A stretch of 48,850 nt of DNA from a virus. The position numbers were made by a program, and so were the translations under genes. The stretch's first letter is position 1. Every line of letters starts with the position of its first letter. The notes beneath the pieces were generated by a model. That model did no database searches and was not told where the DNA came from. It saw only the letters and a program-made list of their open reading frames with translations. Location of the stretch: positions 1 through 48,850 of the IMG/VR virus record IMGVR_UViG_3300002460_000044; one strand, written 5' to 3'. Positions 1 through 8,824 of the stretch are shown in pieces.

Positions 1-75
1 CTAGTTCCATCTTGGCCCTACCCGTATAGCTCTCGGTATCGGCTTTTAAGTCTGCGAGTAAATTTTGTTCATCAA
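1..75. repeat. Terminal overlap copy 1, identical to 48776..48850 (circular-assembly closure or short direct terminal repeat)
   Basis: Read directly. The 75 nt ctagttccatcttggccc...aaattttgttcatcaa occur at both window ends, and a minus-strand ORF reads through the junction uninterrupted. Confidence 0.9.
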
Positions 76-511
76 CTACACTCCTACCTCGCTGGGATTC
101 TATTCCTTGTAAGAAGTCAGATAATTTCTGGTCGTAAAAGGGGGATATTTCTTGCAAGACAGCGTTTTTAGCTAACTCCTCATCAAAAGCAAAAGGATTC
201 TTAGCATCATACTCGGCTGTTTTCTTTTTAAATTCCTCTATTTGGGCCTCCATCCGCTCGTTTATTATTTGGTCGGCGGTCTTTATAGGGGCGGTCTTCT
301 GAACGACTGGCTTAGATACAGCCTTTGCAGGGGTACCTTGCGGAGTATAACCAAATTTAGCCAATCCAGAATTGAACGCTGCTTGATTAATTGGTGTAAA
401 ACTTCCTGTTCTACCAGTCTGCTGTCTAAATGCAGCATAAGCAGAAGCAGGACTACTGCCTGTATAGTAGTATGTATTTGGCCCAGATTTTATTTGTATA
501 TATGCAGCCAC
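1..511 (-). CDS. Hypothetical internal-virion protein, N-terminal part of a gene that wraps the window ends (continues 48775->48387; about 299 aa in total)
   Basis: Absent from the ORF track because it runs off the left edge. My minus-strand translation from GTG 509-511 reads VAAYIQIKSGPNTYYYTGSS...TESYTGRAKMELDRAVNAS. SD GGGAGGAG lies 9 nt upstream and the start overlaps the stop of 511..954 by 1 nt. The frame matches track ORF 48387..48785 across the 75-nt overlap (511-10 = 501, a multiple of 3). Confidence 0.7.
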   Translation of the reverse strand, partial: MAAYIQIKSGPNTYYYTGSSPASAYAAFRQQTGRTGSFTPINQAAFNSGLAKFGYTPQGTPAKAVSKPVVQKTAPIKTADQIINERMEAQIEEFKKKTAEYDAKNPFAFDEELAKNAVLQEISPFYDQKLSDFLQGIESQRGRSVVDEQNLLADLKADTESYTGRAKMEL

Positions 512-954
512 TAAGCTATTCTCCTCCCATAAGACTTAGATTCATGTAATTGTTGCTTCAAATGTTTCCTAGTTATAAGTTCTTCTTGACTTAATCCTTT
601 ACGACCAACTTTTTTGGAAATATTAAATAATAGGGCAATGGTAGCCTCCTCTTTTTTTACTATCAAATAGGGATGGATTTCCTTCAAAAACCGCATAACT
701 CTTCCTGCACATAATTTCCAATCGTAAAGTTGTTTATGGTTTATTTCTACAAACTTAAGTTTTCTAAGTGACCCTTTCCACCGTAACTTGAACCATTCTA
801 ACAGTTCCAAGGATGTGTTATGTAAAGTTACTCTAACGTAATACTGTCCGTATGGTCTACTCATCTGTGGGTTATTATACGCAATATCTATACAACCTTC
901 GCCATCGATTATTCCTGCAGCATATATTATATCTTTGTTTGTATAAACTGCCAT
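511..954 (-). CDS. LAGLIDADG homing endonuclease (single-motif, freestanding)
   Basis: 147 aa. N-terminal motif YAAGIIDGEGCIDI matches the LAGLIDADG consensus. Size is typical of homodimeric I-CreI-type enzymes. It lies between the tailspike and internal-protein genes. Confidence 0.8.
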   Translation of the reverse strand: MAVYTNKDIIYAAGIIDGEGCIDIAYNNPQMSRPYGQYYVRVTLHNTSLELLEWFKLRWKGSLRKLKFVEINHKQLYDWKLCAGRVMRFLKEIHPYLIVKKEEATIALLFNISKKVGRKGLSQEELITRKHLKQQLHESKSYGRRIA

Positions 955-974
955 GTCTTTTAATTATATCAATT

Positions 975-2789
975 TTAACTTTTTAATGCTTCTATCTCTA
1001 AATAAAGAGAATTAATCGTCCCTGTGCCAGCAACCACCCAACCTTTTACATTAAGAGTGTGGCTTGCCGCACTAAGTTCAGTAGATATATATTCCATAAA
1101 TTGAGTTTCGCCAACGGCTCCTGTTGAAGATACAAGCTCCAGCAACATCTGTTGGGTATTACCACTAATCCCTTCCTCTAAATCAGTTGAGCCATCCTGT
1201 ATTTTTATAAAGTTTCTTTGGATCGTGCTATTTTCATGTCTTAACCAAAGCCTTATCCTATATTTGCTGGCGATTGGGGCAGTAAAGGCAAGTGAAGCAA
1301 TAGTTTCGGCTGTCCCTTCTGTAGTCGCAGTCACAGTAGCGTCACTAATAGTATTTGTAGCCGCTATAGTTTCTAGACCATTATTTCTAATAATGCTGTT
1401 GGTACCGGAATCAGATACTCGTCCTACAGTATTACCAGCAATATAGTTTCCAGTTGCAATTGTATCAGTCCCTCCCGTTTGGATGGTCAATCCGTAATTT
1501 TCATTGGCAACCAACTGATTTCCAGTTAGAGTGTTGCCTTCACTGGAACCGCCTATATTGATACCATCGTTAGTATTTAACTCGCAGGTATTTCCTACGA
1601 TAGTATTGTCTTGATTAGCACTTGTAAGTGCTATCCCATTTTGATTGGACGAACAGTTATTTCCAATTACTCTATTATAAATAGAGGCATCTATTCTAAT
1701 TCCATCCAATACATTGAACTCAGAGTGACAGTCACTTACTACTATCTCATCTCCACGTATTCTAATTCCTAAATTATTGCCATTAGCAGTACAACTTATG
1801 GCTCTTGCAATGCTAACTCCATCTAAATTAAAACCTCGATTAGAATTTCCCCAGCTATAACAATTTATAAATGCACCATTAGTCACCCTATCACCACTAG
1901 CTTCATCGTGTACTTCAAAACCAGTATCATTATTATGAGCCTCGCAGTCATAAAAACTAAAATTGAAGCAACTTTCCACCGTAAATCCATGTCCTGAAAA
2001 GCTCCGTACTTTTACTTTATCTACCTTTAATTTTTCGCACCAAGTAAACAGCAGTCCGCCATTGTTGGTTCCTCCTCGGTTACTTAATAAGGTAAAATTT
2101 TGGAGGGTAATATTTTTACGTGGTCTTAATATGGCGTAAATATCAGCGCTAACATTTATCCCTCGATAAGTCTCTTTTAATATAAGGCTGTTGCCAGAAA
2201 CAGAATTGACTCGATAAGGATGAGCATTGATATAGACAATGTCATCCTCTTGAACGCCAGCATTAGCAAAATTTGCGGTACTAGTAACAACGGTACTATT
2301 ATTAGAAACAGAGATAGCCCCACTATTTGTAAGTTCCTCTCCACCAGCAAAAACGGCTGCTTGGTTGCTATTTAATAGGACAGCACTAAAATCTATAATT
2401 ACCGTTTCTGGGTCTTGTCCTATCAAATGAATATTATCATATAGGGTCAAAAAGGTTCTGGGACGATATGTCCCCGATTTAATAAAGATAGTTGCCCCAC
2501 CGATTTGCTTAGCATATTCTATTGCCTCTTGTAAATCTCCGAAATCCCCTGTGCCATCTAAAGCTACTATTAAATCAACGGGTGGTTGCAGTTGCCTTAT
2601 CCTTCTGCCGTCACTCTTGGTGATTTTATTATTAAGTAAGTCTATTTGTAGACTACCGTCTCTTGAAGCAACAAGGTCGGTATTAAACCTACTTGGATTA
2701 ATCATCTCTGTATCAGCCTCAGCTCTTTCGCTGGTAGCTGGTACTGGTCGTTCTAATGTTTTGGAAAACCCCAAGTCTGGCCAAGCCAT
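975..2789 (-). CDS. Tailspike / polysaccharide depolymerase-like protein with right-handed parallel beta-helix
   Basis: 604 aa. The N-terminal segment DGTGDFGDLQEAIEYAK..GGATIFIKSGTY is typical of pectate-lyase/pectinesterase-fold proteins. Serial Asn/Gly-rich repeats follow (NNCSSNQNGIALTS.. GNTCELNTNDGINIGG.. GNQLVANENYGLTI). The ATG overlaps the upstream stop (TAATG). Confidence 0.65.
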   Translation of the reverse strand: MAWPDLGFSKTLERPVPATSERAEADTEMINPSRFNTDLVASRDGSLQIDLLNNKITKSDGRRIRQLQPPVDLIVALDGTGDFGDLQEAIEYAKQIGGATIFIKSGTYRPRTFLTLYDNIHLIGQDPETVIIDFSAVLLNSNQAAVFAGGEELTNSGAISVSNNSTVVTSTANFANAGVQEDDIVYINAHPYRVNSVSGNSLILKETYRGINVSADIYAILRPRKNITLQNFTLLSNRGGTNNGGLLFTWCEKLKVDKVKVRSFSGHGFTVESCFNFSFYDCEAHNNDTGFEVHDEASGDRVTNGAFINCYSWGNSNRGFNLDGVSIARAISCTANGNNLGIRIRGDEIVVSDCHSEFNVLDGIRIDASIYNRVIGNNCSSNQNGIALTSANQDNTIVGNTCELNTNDGINIGGSSEGNTLTGNQLVANENYGLTIQTGGTDTIATGNYIAGNTVGRVSDSGTNSIIRNNGLETIAATNTISDATVTATTEGTAETIASLAFTAPIASKYRIRLWLRHENSTIQRNFIKIQDGSTDLEEGISGNTQQMLLELVSSTGAVGETQFMEYISTELSAASHTLNVKGWVVAGTGTINSLYLEIEALKS

Positions 2790-4285
2790 TATTCTTTCAG
2801 CCTCCCACTAATTGGTTTACCATAGACATTTATTCTCTCCACCACGAGTGGTGCGTTACTGGAGATTTCACTCATTAAAAACTTTATCCCCTTGCCTTTA
2901 TTCTCTTGATTAGGCGATATGTCAAACTCGGTAATGTAATCCTCTATATCTCCAAGTGGTAGCCAGTCTTTACTGATAGTTTGGCTTCCTTTGGTACTTG
3001 TTCCCACTCCATAGAGTTTATACTTTACGTTTATACCTCTACCGTTACGAGTAAAAAGACGTATTCTGGTAAATAGATTCTCAGTAGTTGTCTCAAAAGG
3101 AAAGTGCCAAGCGGTTTCTGCCTGCCACTCTATATCGGTGGTACCATCAGCGTTTCCAGTATTGTCTTGAAATACCTCGTCGGTGGTGGTACCGAAATAT
3201 ATATTCTTAGCTTGAGATTCAATAAACTCTGTAGCTACCGTGATTGATACCGGATAAGTACCCACCGCCCAAGTCTGAGTAGCTAGGTCATATTCTAAGT
3301 AAGCATTAGTAAGAGAAATATCCTCGTCGGTATTGGTAATATTTCCAACAAAACATCTATATCTATCCTCCCCTACTTTCCAAGCCACAACATCATCAAA
3401 GAAGGCGGAGTCAATTCCGTCAATATACGCTTGAATTTGACGGGAAAGAAGGGTAGCGGTAACAGCGTCTTGCAATCTATATATACCTGTGCGATGGAAG
3501 TAAAAGGTAAAGTCCCGTATGTTTACCACGCTTCTACCACTAGTAGTACCTGGCACACCCTTTATCTGTTTAAGGCTGTTGCCGTCATAGCGATGAACCG
3601 AATCTCTTTTGAAGATAAGCAACCTATCACTGTTTTCACCAAATCCAGTAATCACATCGTTGTCATCTGTAGATACGTCAAACCAGTTACCGCCTACCCA
3701 GTAAGTATCGGCAGGATCAGATACTGCTAGATTTTCAGTTAATGTGATCTCGGTTTCCGATTGTACTCCCGCTACGTTATAAGCACCAGCGTTGGGCCCA
3801 GTAGTAATGATAAATGGGTCGCCTACTTTTATATTGTACGTTTTAAACTGAGCACCAAGTGAAATAACCTTGTTGTTATCAACTGACTGTTGCAAATTAG
3901 TTTGAGTTTCATAACCCCAAGTAAGATTGAAACCGCTGGCATCATTTTCTGGTAAGTCTGAGTACCAAACACGAGAGGAATAATCGTTAGAGAGAATGGT
4001 CACATAAGCTACATATAGCCTATCCTTGAACCTTTTAATGTATCTAGCTAAAGGAAACCTCACCTCGTTGCCTGTAGTGGTCCAACTACTGCCATCAAAA
4101 TATCTGTTGGCATTGGCCCCGTTTACAAACCAAGCCCTGTCTAAAAAGACTTCAAACTCGGCTTTGTTGCTACTGGTGATACTCTGACCATAACCAGCCC
4201 CAGTCACTACGTTGACAATATCTCCACCGTATACGGCTAAGAGTGTATCAGTACCTCCTGATGTATTGTGACCTTTTAATCCCAA
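2789..4285 (-). CDS. Virion structural protein, function unknown (498 aa); start codon uncertain
   Basis: Long ORF in the tail/fibre part of the late operon. The track start is TTG 4285. The frame stays open upstream to an in-frame ATA (4297-4295) placed 5 nt after SD GGAGG. The nearby ATG 4290 is out of frame. Confidence 0.55.
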   Translation of the reverse strand: MGLKGHNTSGGTDTLLAVYGGDIVNVVTGAGYGQSITSSNKAEFEVFLDRAWFVNGANANRYFDGSSWTTTGNEVRFPLARYIKRFKDRLYVAYVTILSNDYSSRVWYSDLPENDASGFNLTWGYETQTNLQQSVDNNKVISLGAQFKTYNIKVGDPFIITTGPNAGAYNVAGVQSETEITLTENLAVSDPADTYWVGGNWFDVSTDDNDVITGFGENSDRLLIFKRDSVHRYDGNSLKQIKGVPGTTSGRSVVNIRDFTFYFHRTGIYRLQDAVTATLLSRQIQAYIDGIDSAFFDDVVAWKVGEDRYRCFVGNITNTDEDISLTNAYLEYDLATQTWAVGTYPVSITVATEFIESQAKNIYFGTTTDEVFQDNTGNADGTTDIEWQAETAWHFPFETTTENLFTRIRLFTRNGRGINVKYKLYGVGTSTKGSQTISKDWLPLGDIEDYITEFDISPNQENKGKGIKFLMSEISSNAPLVVERINVYGKPISGRLKE

Positions 4286-4307
4286 CGCATTTGCTATAGT
4301 TTCCTCC

Positions 4308-4628
4308 TTAAGCGGTTGTAGTTGTACTACTACTAGTTGATGTGGTACTAGTACTAGTAGTTGTAGTGCTTGTAGTCGTACTGGTAGAAGTAGAGGTACT
4401 AGTACTAGTAGTGGTTGTGCTAGTGGAAGTACTCGTACTTGTAGTAGAGGTCAGGTCACTACCCTTCTGACTAGTACCAAGCCTCTTGCTTATCCCGCCA
4501 ATAATAGTATTAAATGTTGCATTTAAGGTATGCGTAAATTCATTTTTTCTCTGCTGGAAGGTACTAACTTTTCTATTCGTACCTCCCGACATGTCTTCGA
4601 TAGAGTATTCCTGTTCGTTGTCTGGCAT
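4308..4628 (-). CDS. Small structural protein with C-terminal Ser/Thr tract (mucin-like tail)
   Basis: 106 aa. A 59-aa unique N-terminal region is followed by a 46-residue pure S/T tract (4314..4451) and a terminal Ala. Tightly packed between structural genes. Confidence 0.6.
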   Translation of the reverse strand: MPDNEQEYSIEDMSGGTNRKVSTFQQRKNEFTHTLNATFNTIIGGISKRLGTSQKGSDLTSTTSTSTSTSTTTTSTSTSTSTSTTTSTTTTSTSTTSTSSSTTTTA

Positions 4629-4631
4629 GAT

Positions 4632-5780
4632 TTAATTCCAAAAATCTTCGTGAAGCTGATCCCTGTCCACTACTACATTACCGAATAATCTATGCAAAGC
4701 CCGTCTGCCATTAAAAGTTTTTAGGCTCCTTGGCTGTCCTTGTGGGCGCTTCTGTTTGCTATTAAGTTGTTCAAGTAAGGCAATACCCGTAAGTGATCGC
4801 CTATCTTGTACTTTGCCCGCTGGCCCCCAGAACCTATCCTCATATACTTTGGCTATTTCCTCCCTACCTCGTATTTTCTCTATCATAGCGATAGCGTAAT
4901 CTTCCAATAGCGCTGGTATTGGTACTTGAGTTTCATCAGCCACATCATCAAGGTCAGTCATCTCTTCAAAATAGCGGACGGTAAATGTACCTCGATCTGT
5001 AGTTTTAGGTATGGGCCAGACTCGGTAATAGCCTACTTCGGAAGTAGAGTCACCTTCTTCTATCGTGTAATCTTTTACGTAATCATCTCTTATTGTATCG
5101 TCATTTCTTTGGTCACGGGCTAGGTAATCAAATTCTATTCTGGGTACAAACTTTAATTGATAAAGCTCATTAGTGGTGCCATCATCAAAGTTATAAAGAA
5201 TAGTATCGACTGTGCCTCTAACCCCAACACCAGAAGGCAAGGCGTATTGGTTTGTACCTGCGGTGGTAGTGGTAGAAGAATTGGTGTTTCTTAGAAACCA
5301 CCAATCTGGTCTTACTCCTTGGATAATATCTTGAGCTTGGTTAATAAATCTAATAATTTCATCGTCACTTACCAATTTCCTTTCTTTGTCTTGGATTATT
5401 TTCCTTATCTGGCGGAGCATATATCCAAGAGAGTTACGATCATACCCAGTACCAGTTACCGTCGGTGAATACTCTGAATAGGTAAGTAAACTTGAATTAC
5501 GGAATCTAAATCTATATTCCCAAGTACTTGTTCCATCAGAATGGTAGTAAATACTGTCCTTATGATCCCATTGAATACCTATCTCGGTAAGCTCGGCAAA
5601 GCTCCCAGCACTGCTACTTCTACCCTCTATCGAAATAAAATCCCAATGAACTTTATATAGTGGTGCGTCTTTAGGGTGGGAAAACCTAAAAGCTGAATTG
5701 ATGTTTATTGTTTCATTACCAGACAAAGTGGAAATTTGTCTATTCTCGGTAAGCTCTTCGCCTATTTCTCCTGCCACCAC
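4632..5780 (-). CDS. Virion structural protein, function unknown; true 5' end uncertain (frame open up to 5924)
   Basis: 382 aa from GTG 5780. 48 further in-frame codons (5781..5924) translate to plausible protein (KWSNTIRKIIISNSVLTDDAYKTNLSSAYSSGTALTVYSNASFAANDF) but contain no ATG/GTG/TTG. Confidence 0.6.
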   Translation of the reverse strand: MVAGEIGEELTENRQISTLSGNETININSAFRFSHPKDAPLYKVHWDFISIEGRSSSAGSFAELTEIGIQWDHKDSIYYHSDGTSTWEYRFRFRNSSLLTYSEYSPTVTGTGYDRNSLGYMLRQIRKIIQDKERKLVSDDEIIRFINQAQDIIQGVRPDWWFLRNTNSSTTTTAGTNQYALPSGVGVRGTVDTILYNFDDGTTNELYQLKFVPRIEFDYLARDQRNDDTIRDDYVKDYTIEEGDSTSEVGYYRVWPIPKTTDRGTFTVRYFEEMTDLDDVADETQVPIPALLEDYAIAMIEKIRGREEIAKVYEDRFWGPAGKVQDRRSLTGIALLEQLNSKQKRPQGQPRSLKTFNGRRALHRLFGNVVVDRDQLHEDFWN

Positions 5781-5947
5781 AAAATCATTGGCAGCAAAAG
5801 AAGCATTGGAATAAACAGTTAAAGCTGTACCAGAAGAATAAGCAGACGATAGGTTTGTCTTGTAAGCATCATCGGTTAGTACTGAATTAGATATAATTAT
5901 CTTGCGAATGGTATTACTCCATTTCTAGTACCTTCCTTAAATAAATT

Positions 5948-8785
5948 TTACCCTAGCTTGCTATCAATGTCCAGTTCTTGGCTTTCAGTATCAATAATCA
6001 TATCTCCACCCCTGTCTACCTGAAGATTAAGTTCCTCTTTTTCCTCTTCACCTGAAATAACTAAATCTGTATCTACTACATCTATCACATAAGGAAATGT
6101 GGTGGTAGTACTGGTGCTAGTGGTCGTGGACGTTGAGGTGCTGGTTGAGGTAGATGCCAATGTAGTAGTTGTACTGCTACTTGTTGAAGTTGTACTAGTA
6201 CTGGTACTTGTGGTGCTACTGGTACTGGTAGTAGTAGTACTCGTGGAGGTAGTAGTCGACGTGGAACTACTAATAGTTGTGGTTGAGGTTGATGTAGATG
6301 TGGTGGTTGAAGTTGAACTGCTGGTCGTTGTTGAACTGGTGCTGCTAGATGTTGTCGTACTAGTACTCGAGCTAGTAGTAGAAGTTGACGTACTCGAAGA
6401 GGTAGTTGTGGTAGAGGTGGATGTAGAGGTTGATGTCGAGCTACTTGTAGACGTTGTACTCGTGCTCGTAGTTATTGAAGTCGATGTAGAACTACTAGTC
6501 GTAGTCGTAGAAGTACTAGTTTCTGTAGTTGTGGTCGAGGTGCTACTGGAAGTAGATGTTGTTGTAGTACTACTTGATGTACTAGAAGAGGTTGTTGTAG
6601 TAGAAGTACTTGAGCTTGTCGTGGTAGAAGTACTTGAACTTGTAGTCGTAGTACTTGTACTCGTAGATGTCGTGGTGGAAGTAGAGCTGCTAGTTGTGGT
6701 AGTACTGGTGGAAGTTGAGCTTGTTGTTGAGGTAGAAGAAGAAGTAGTCGTTGTACTTGTGGAAGTGGAACTCGAAGTCGTGGTGGTTGACGTTGATGTC
6801 GACGTACTAGTACTACTAGACGTAGTTGTAGTAGAAGTAGAAGATGATGTTGTGGTTGTGGATGTTGTAGTTCCTGCTGCTGTATAAGTAGCATAGATGG
6901 AGTATTTATTAGTACTGTGAGTTGGAACTAATGGATCAGGAAAATTAAAACTTCCAATGCCTTGCTCGTGTCCTTGGTTTGTATCCCCCGTATCATAATA
7001 CATATCCCAAACATCTTTTGGCAGAATATCACTCATCGCCATAAGAACATAATCCGTGCTCGCAGAGAGCGATTCTGAAGACATTGTTGCTGTTCTCCAA
7101 GCCGCAGTTGTATCAACTACATCCGTAGCAGCAGATGTCCCAATTAATGATAAATCGCTATGAAGATAAATTGCCGTCTTAAACTCATCACCCGCACTAT
7201 AGGCAGAAGCTTTACCATAAACAGTTATGCTATCTAATGTTCCTGCCCCAGCCCCCATTGTAAACACAGAACCCCTACTTTGATGATTTCCAGCATTAGC
7301 AACTGTTGCTCCTATTGTTGTATACCCAAATGTAGGGTCAATAATAATGGGATAAACTTCGTTATCTAAAAAACTTTGAGGAATTTCAATTGTCAATATC
7401 TTTTTATTAACATCAATATCTAATTTTCCCCACACCCAATTTCCATCAGCATCAATAATTTTAGGTCTGTAAATATGAAAGGCTTTACCTGCTCGATAAT
7501 TTTTACCTTCCAAGTTAGAGTAATCCCCAGATTTTCTTTTATGATAAACAGCGTAAGAACCTACTACATCTATAGGTCTAAAGGAATGATTATTTCGTTC
7601 TTGGGGCGTAAGAGCTGGTTGATAATAAAAGTTTAATTCTTTAGTTTCTATCGAAAATAATAATTGATTGGAAACAGGTTTATTTTTTAATTCAATCTCA
7701 AACTCATAACCATCTCCTCTTTCAACTTGATAGCTATTATCATAACTAGCATCTTCTATCCAACTACGCTGACCGAAAATAGATGAACAATTAGTTACTA
7801 TTTCTTGTTCTTCGGGGGTAAAATCTCCATTGGTCAATGTCAATCCTATGTTTTCGGCTATCTTATTTACAACCTCATCCCCTATAGCAATAGTTAATTC
7901 GGGATTTATTTCATTTAAGTTTCCAATACTTTCAATAACATTGGTTTTGTCTGGAATTACTTTATAAGCATCTTTTACATATGACGGGTCAGTTCCTACG
8001 TTAATAAAAAATAAGATTGTATTTCCTTCTCTCAATATCCCACAGAATTTCTTGTCAGTTCCATTTTTGAAATATAAATCATTTCCTCTTTTCACCACCG
8101 AAATTCCTTTTGAGGAAAGAACGCTTTGAACTGAATCCAACAAAACCGAATCGTCTATTATAATGTGATTGGGAGTATAAATACGGATATGAACTGTCTT
8201 TTGATCGGAATAAATAACCCCAGACTCACTTTGGGTAGGATTCCTCACGATTCTTACATCCGATGGTATCTTATTAGTATTTAAGTATTTATCAGTAGTA
8301 TAAAAACCGTGAAAATGTAAAAGTTTGTCTTTCTGAGTATAAGAAATAAATACTGGAGCGTTGAACCGCATCCGCTTAAAAAGCTCTACAAAAGCAGGAC
8401 CAGTAGGGGGCTCTATATTATTCAAACTTATATGCCGAGGTAAAGTAGACGTGGAAATTGGAAGTTCTGGATTACTTCTACTATAGAAACGAGCTTTGGT
8501 CTCTTCGCCTTGCCAAACTATCTTATCGGCTTGGGTGGAGACTGTCGGAGTTAGTTCATCGGTAATTAGTCTGGCGGAAAAATTGACTTCATTTGTTTCG
8601 TCTTTATTTCCCCATCTACAGACTTTTATTTGTGGAAGAAACTCACCTGCAACTTTGCTATCTCCTACTTCTACTTCAATTAAATCTTTTATGCTATCTT
8701 TAGGGGTAGCAAAAAAGGTATTATCTTTTACAAGATATTTCTGTGCGACTTCATCACTAATATTATTTATTTTAATTACTGGCAT
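5948..8785 (-). CDS. Large fibre/appendage protein: about 640-aa globular N-terminal region, 258-aa Ser/Thr stalk, 49-aa acidic C-terminal domain
   Basis: The track ORF 5948..8824 starts at a TTG. In-frame ATG 8785 is preceded by SD GGAGGAAGGG, so I prefer it. The S/T tract spans 6098..6871. The tract is followed by the motif TTFPYVIDV. Confidence 0.7.
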   Translation of the reverse strand: MPVIKINNISDEVAQKYLVKDNTFFATPKDSIKDLIEVEVGDSKVAGEFLPQIKVCRWGNKDETNEVNFSARLITDELTPTVSTQADKIVWQGEETKARFYSRSNPELPISTSTLPRHISLNNIEPPTGPAFVELFKRMRFNAPVFISYTQKDKLLHFHGFYTTDKYLNTNKIPSDVRIVRNPTQSESGVIYSDQKTVHIRIYTPNHIIIDDSVLLDSVQSVLSSKGISVVKRGNDLYFKNGTDKKFCGILREGNTILFFINVGTDPSYVKDAYKVIPDKTNVIESIGNLNEINPELTIAIGDEVVNKIAENIGLTLTNGDFTPEEQEIVTNCSSIFGQRSWIEDASYDNSYQVERGDGYEFEIELKNKPVSNQLLFSIETKELNFYYQPALTPQERNNHSFRPIDVVGSYAVYHKRKSGDYSNLEGKNYRAGKAFHIYRPKIIDADGNWVWGKLDIDVNKKILTIEIPQSFLDNEVYPIIIDPTFGYTTIGATVANAGNHQSRGSVFTMGAGAGTLDSITVYGKASAYSAGDEFKTAIYLHSDLSLIGTSAATDVVDTTAAWRTATMSSESLSASTDYVLMAMSDILPKDVWDMYYDTGDTNQGHEQGIGSFNFPDPLVPTHSTNKYSIYATYTAAGTTTSTTTTSSSTSTTTTSSSTSTSTSTSTTTTSSSTSTSTTTTSSSTSTTSSTSTSTTTTSSSTSTTTSTSTSTTTTSSSTSTTTSSSTSTTTTSSSTSSSTTTTSTSSSTSTTTTETSTSTTTTSSSTSTSITTSTSTTSTSSSTSTSTSTSTTTTSSSTSTSTTSSSTSTTTSSSTSSTTTSSSTSTTTSTSTSTTTISSSTSTTTSTSTTTTSTSSTTSTSTSTTSTSSSTTTTLASTSTSTSTSTTTSTSTTTTFPYVIDVVDTDLVISGEEEKEELNLQVDRGGDMIIDTESQELDIDSKLG
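6098..6871 (-). repeat. Ser/Thr-coding low-complexity tract (258 codons) inside 5948..8785
   Basis: Translation is S/T only apart from single E, I, I, L and A residues. Plus-strand triplets are restricted to NGT / NGA / RCT. The repeat is degenerate at DNA level. Confidence 0.9.
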
Positions 8786-8824
8786 AAACCCTTCCTCCAT
8801 AAGTATCCGTGGGTCATATTTCAA

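Noticed and set aside
242-514. Plus-strand ORF of 90 aa (TTG start)
   Set aside because: It lies antisense to a minus-strand frame that is continuous with 48387..48785 across the circular junction and has an SD-GTG start. There are no supporting signals for the plus ORF.
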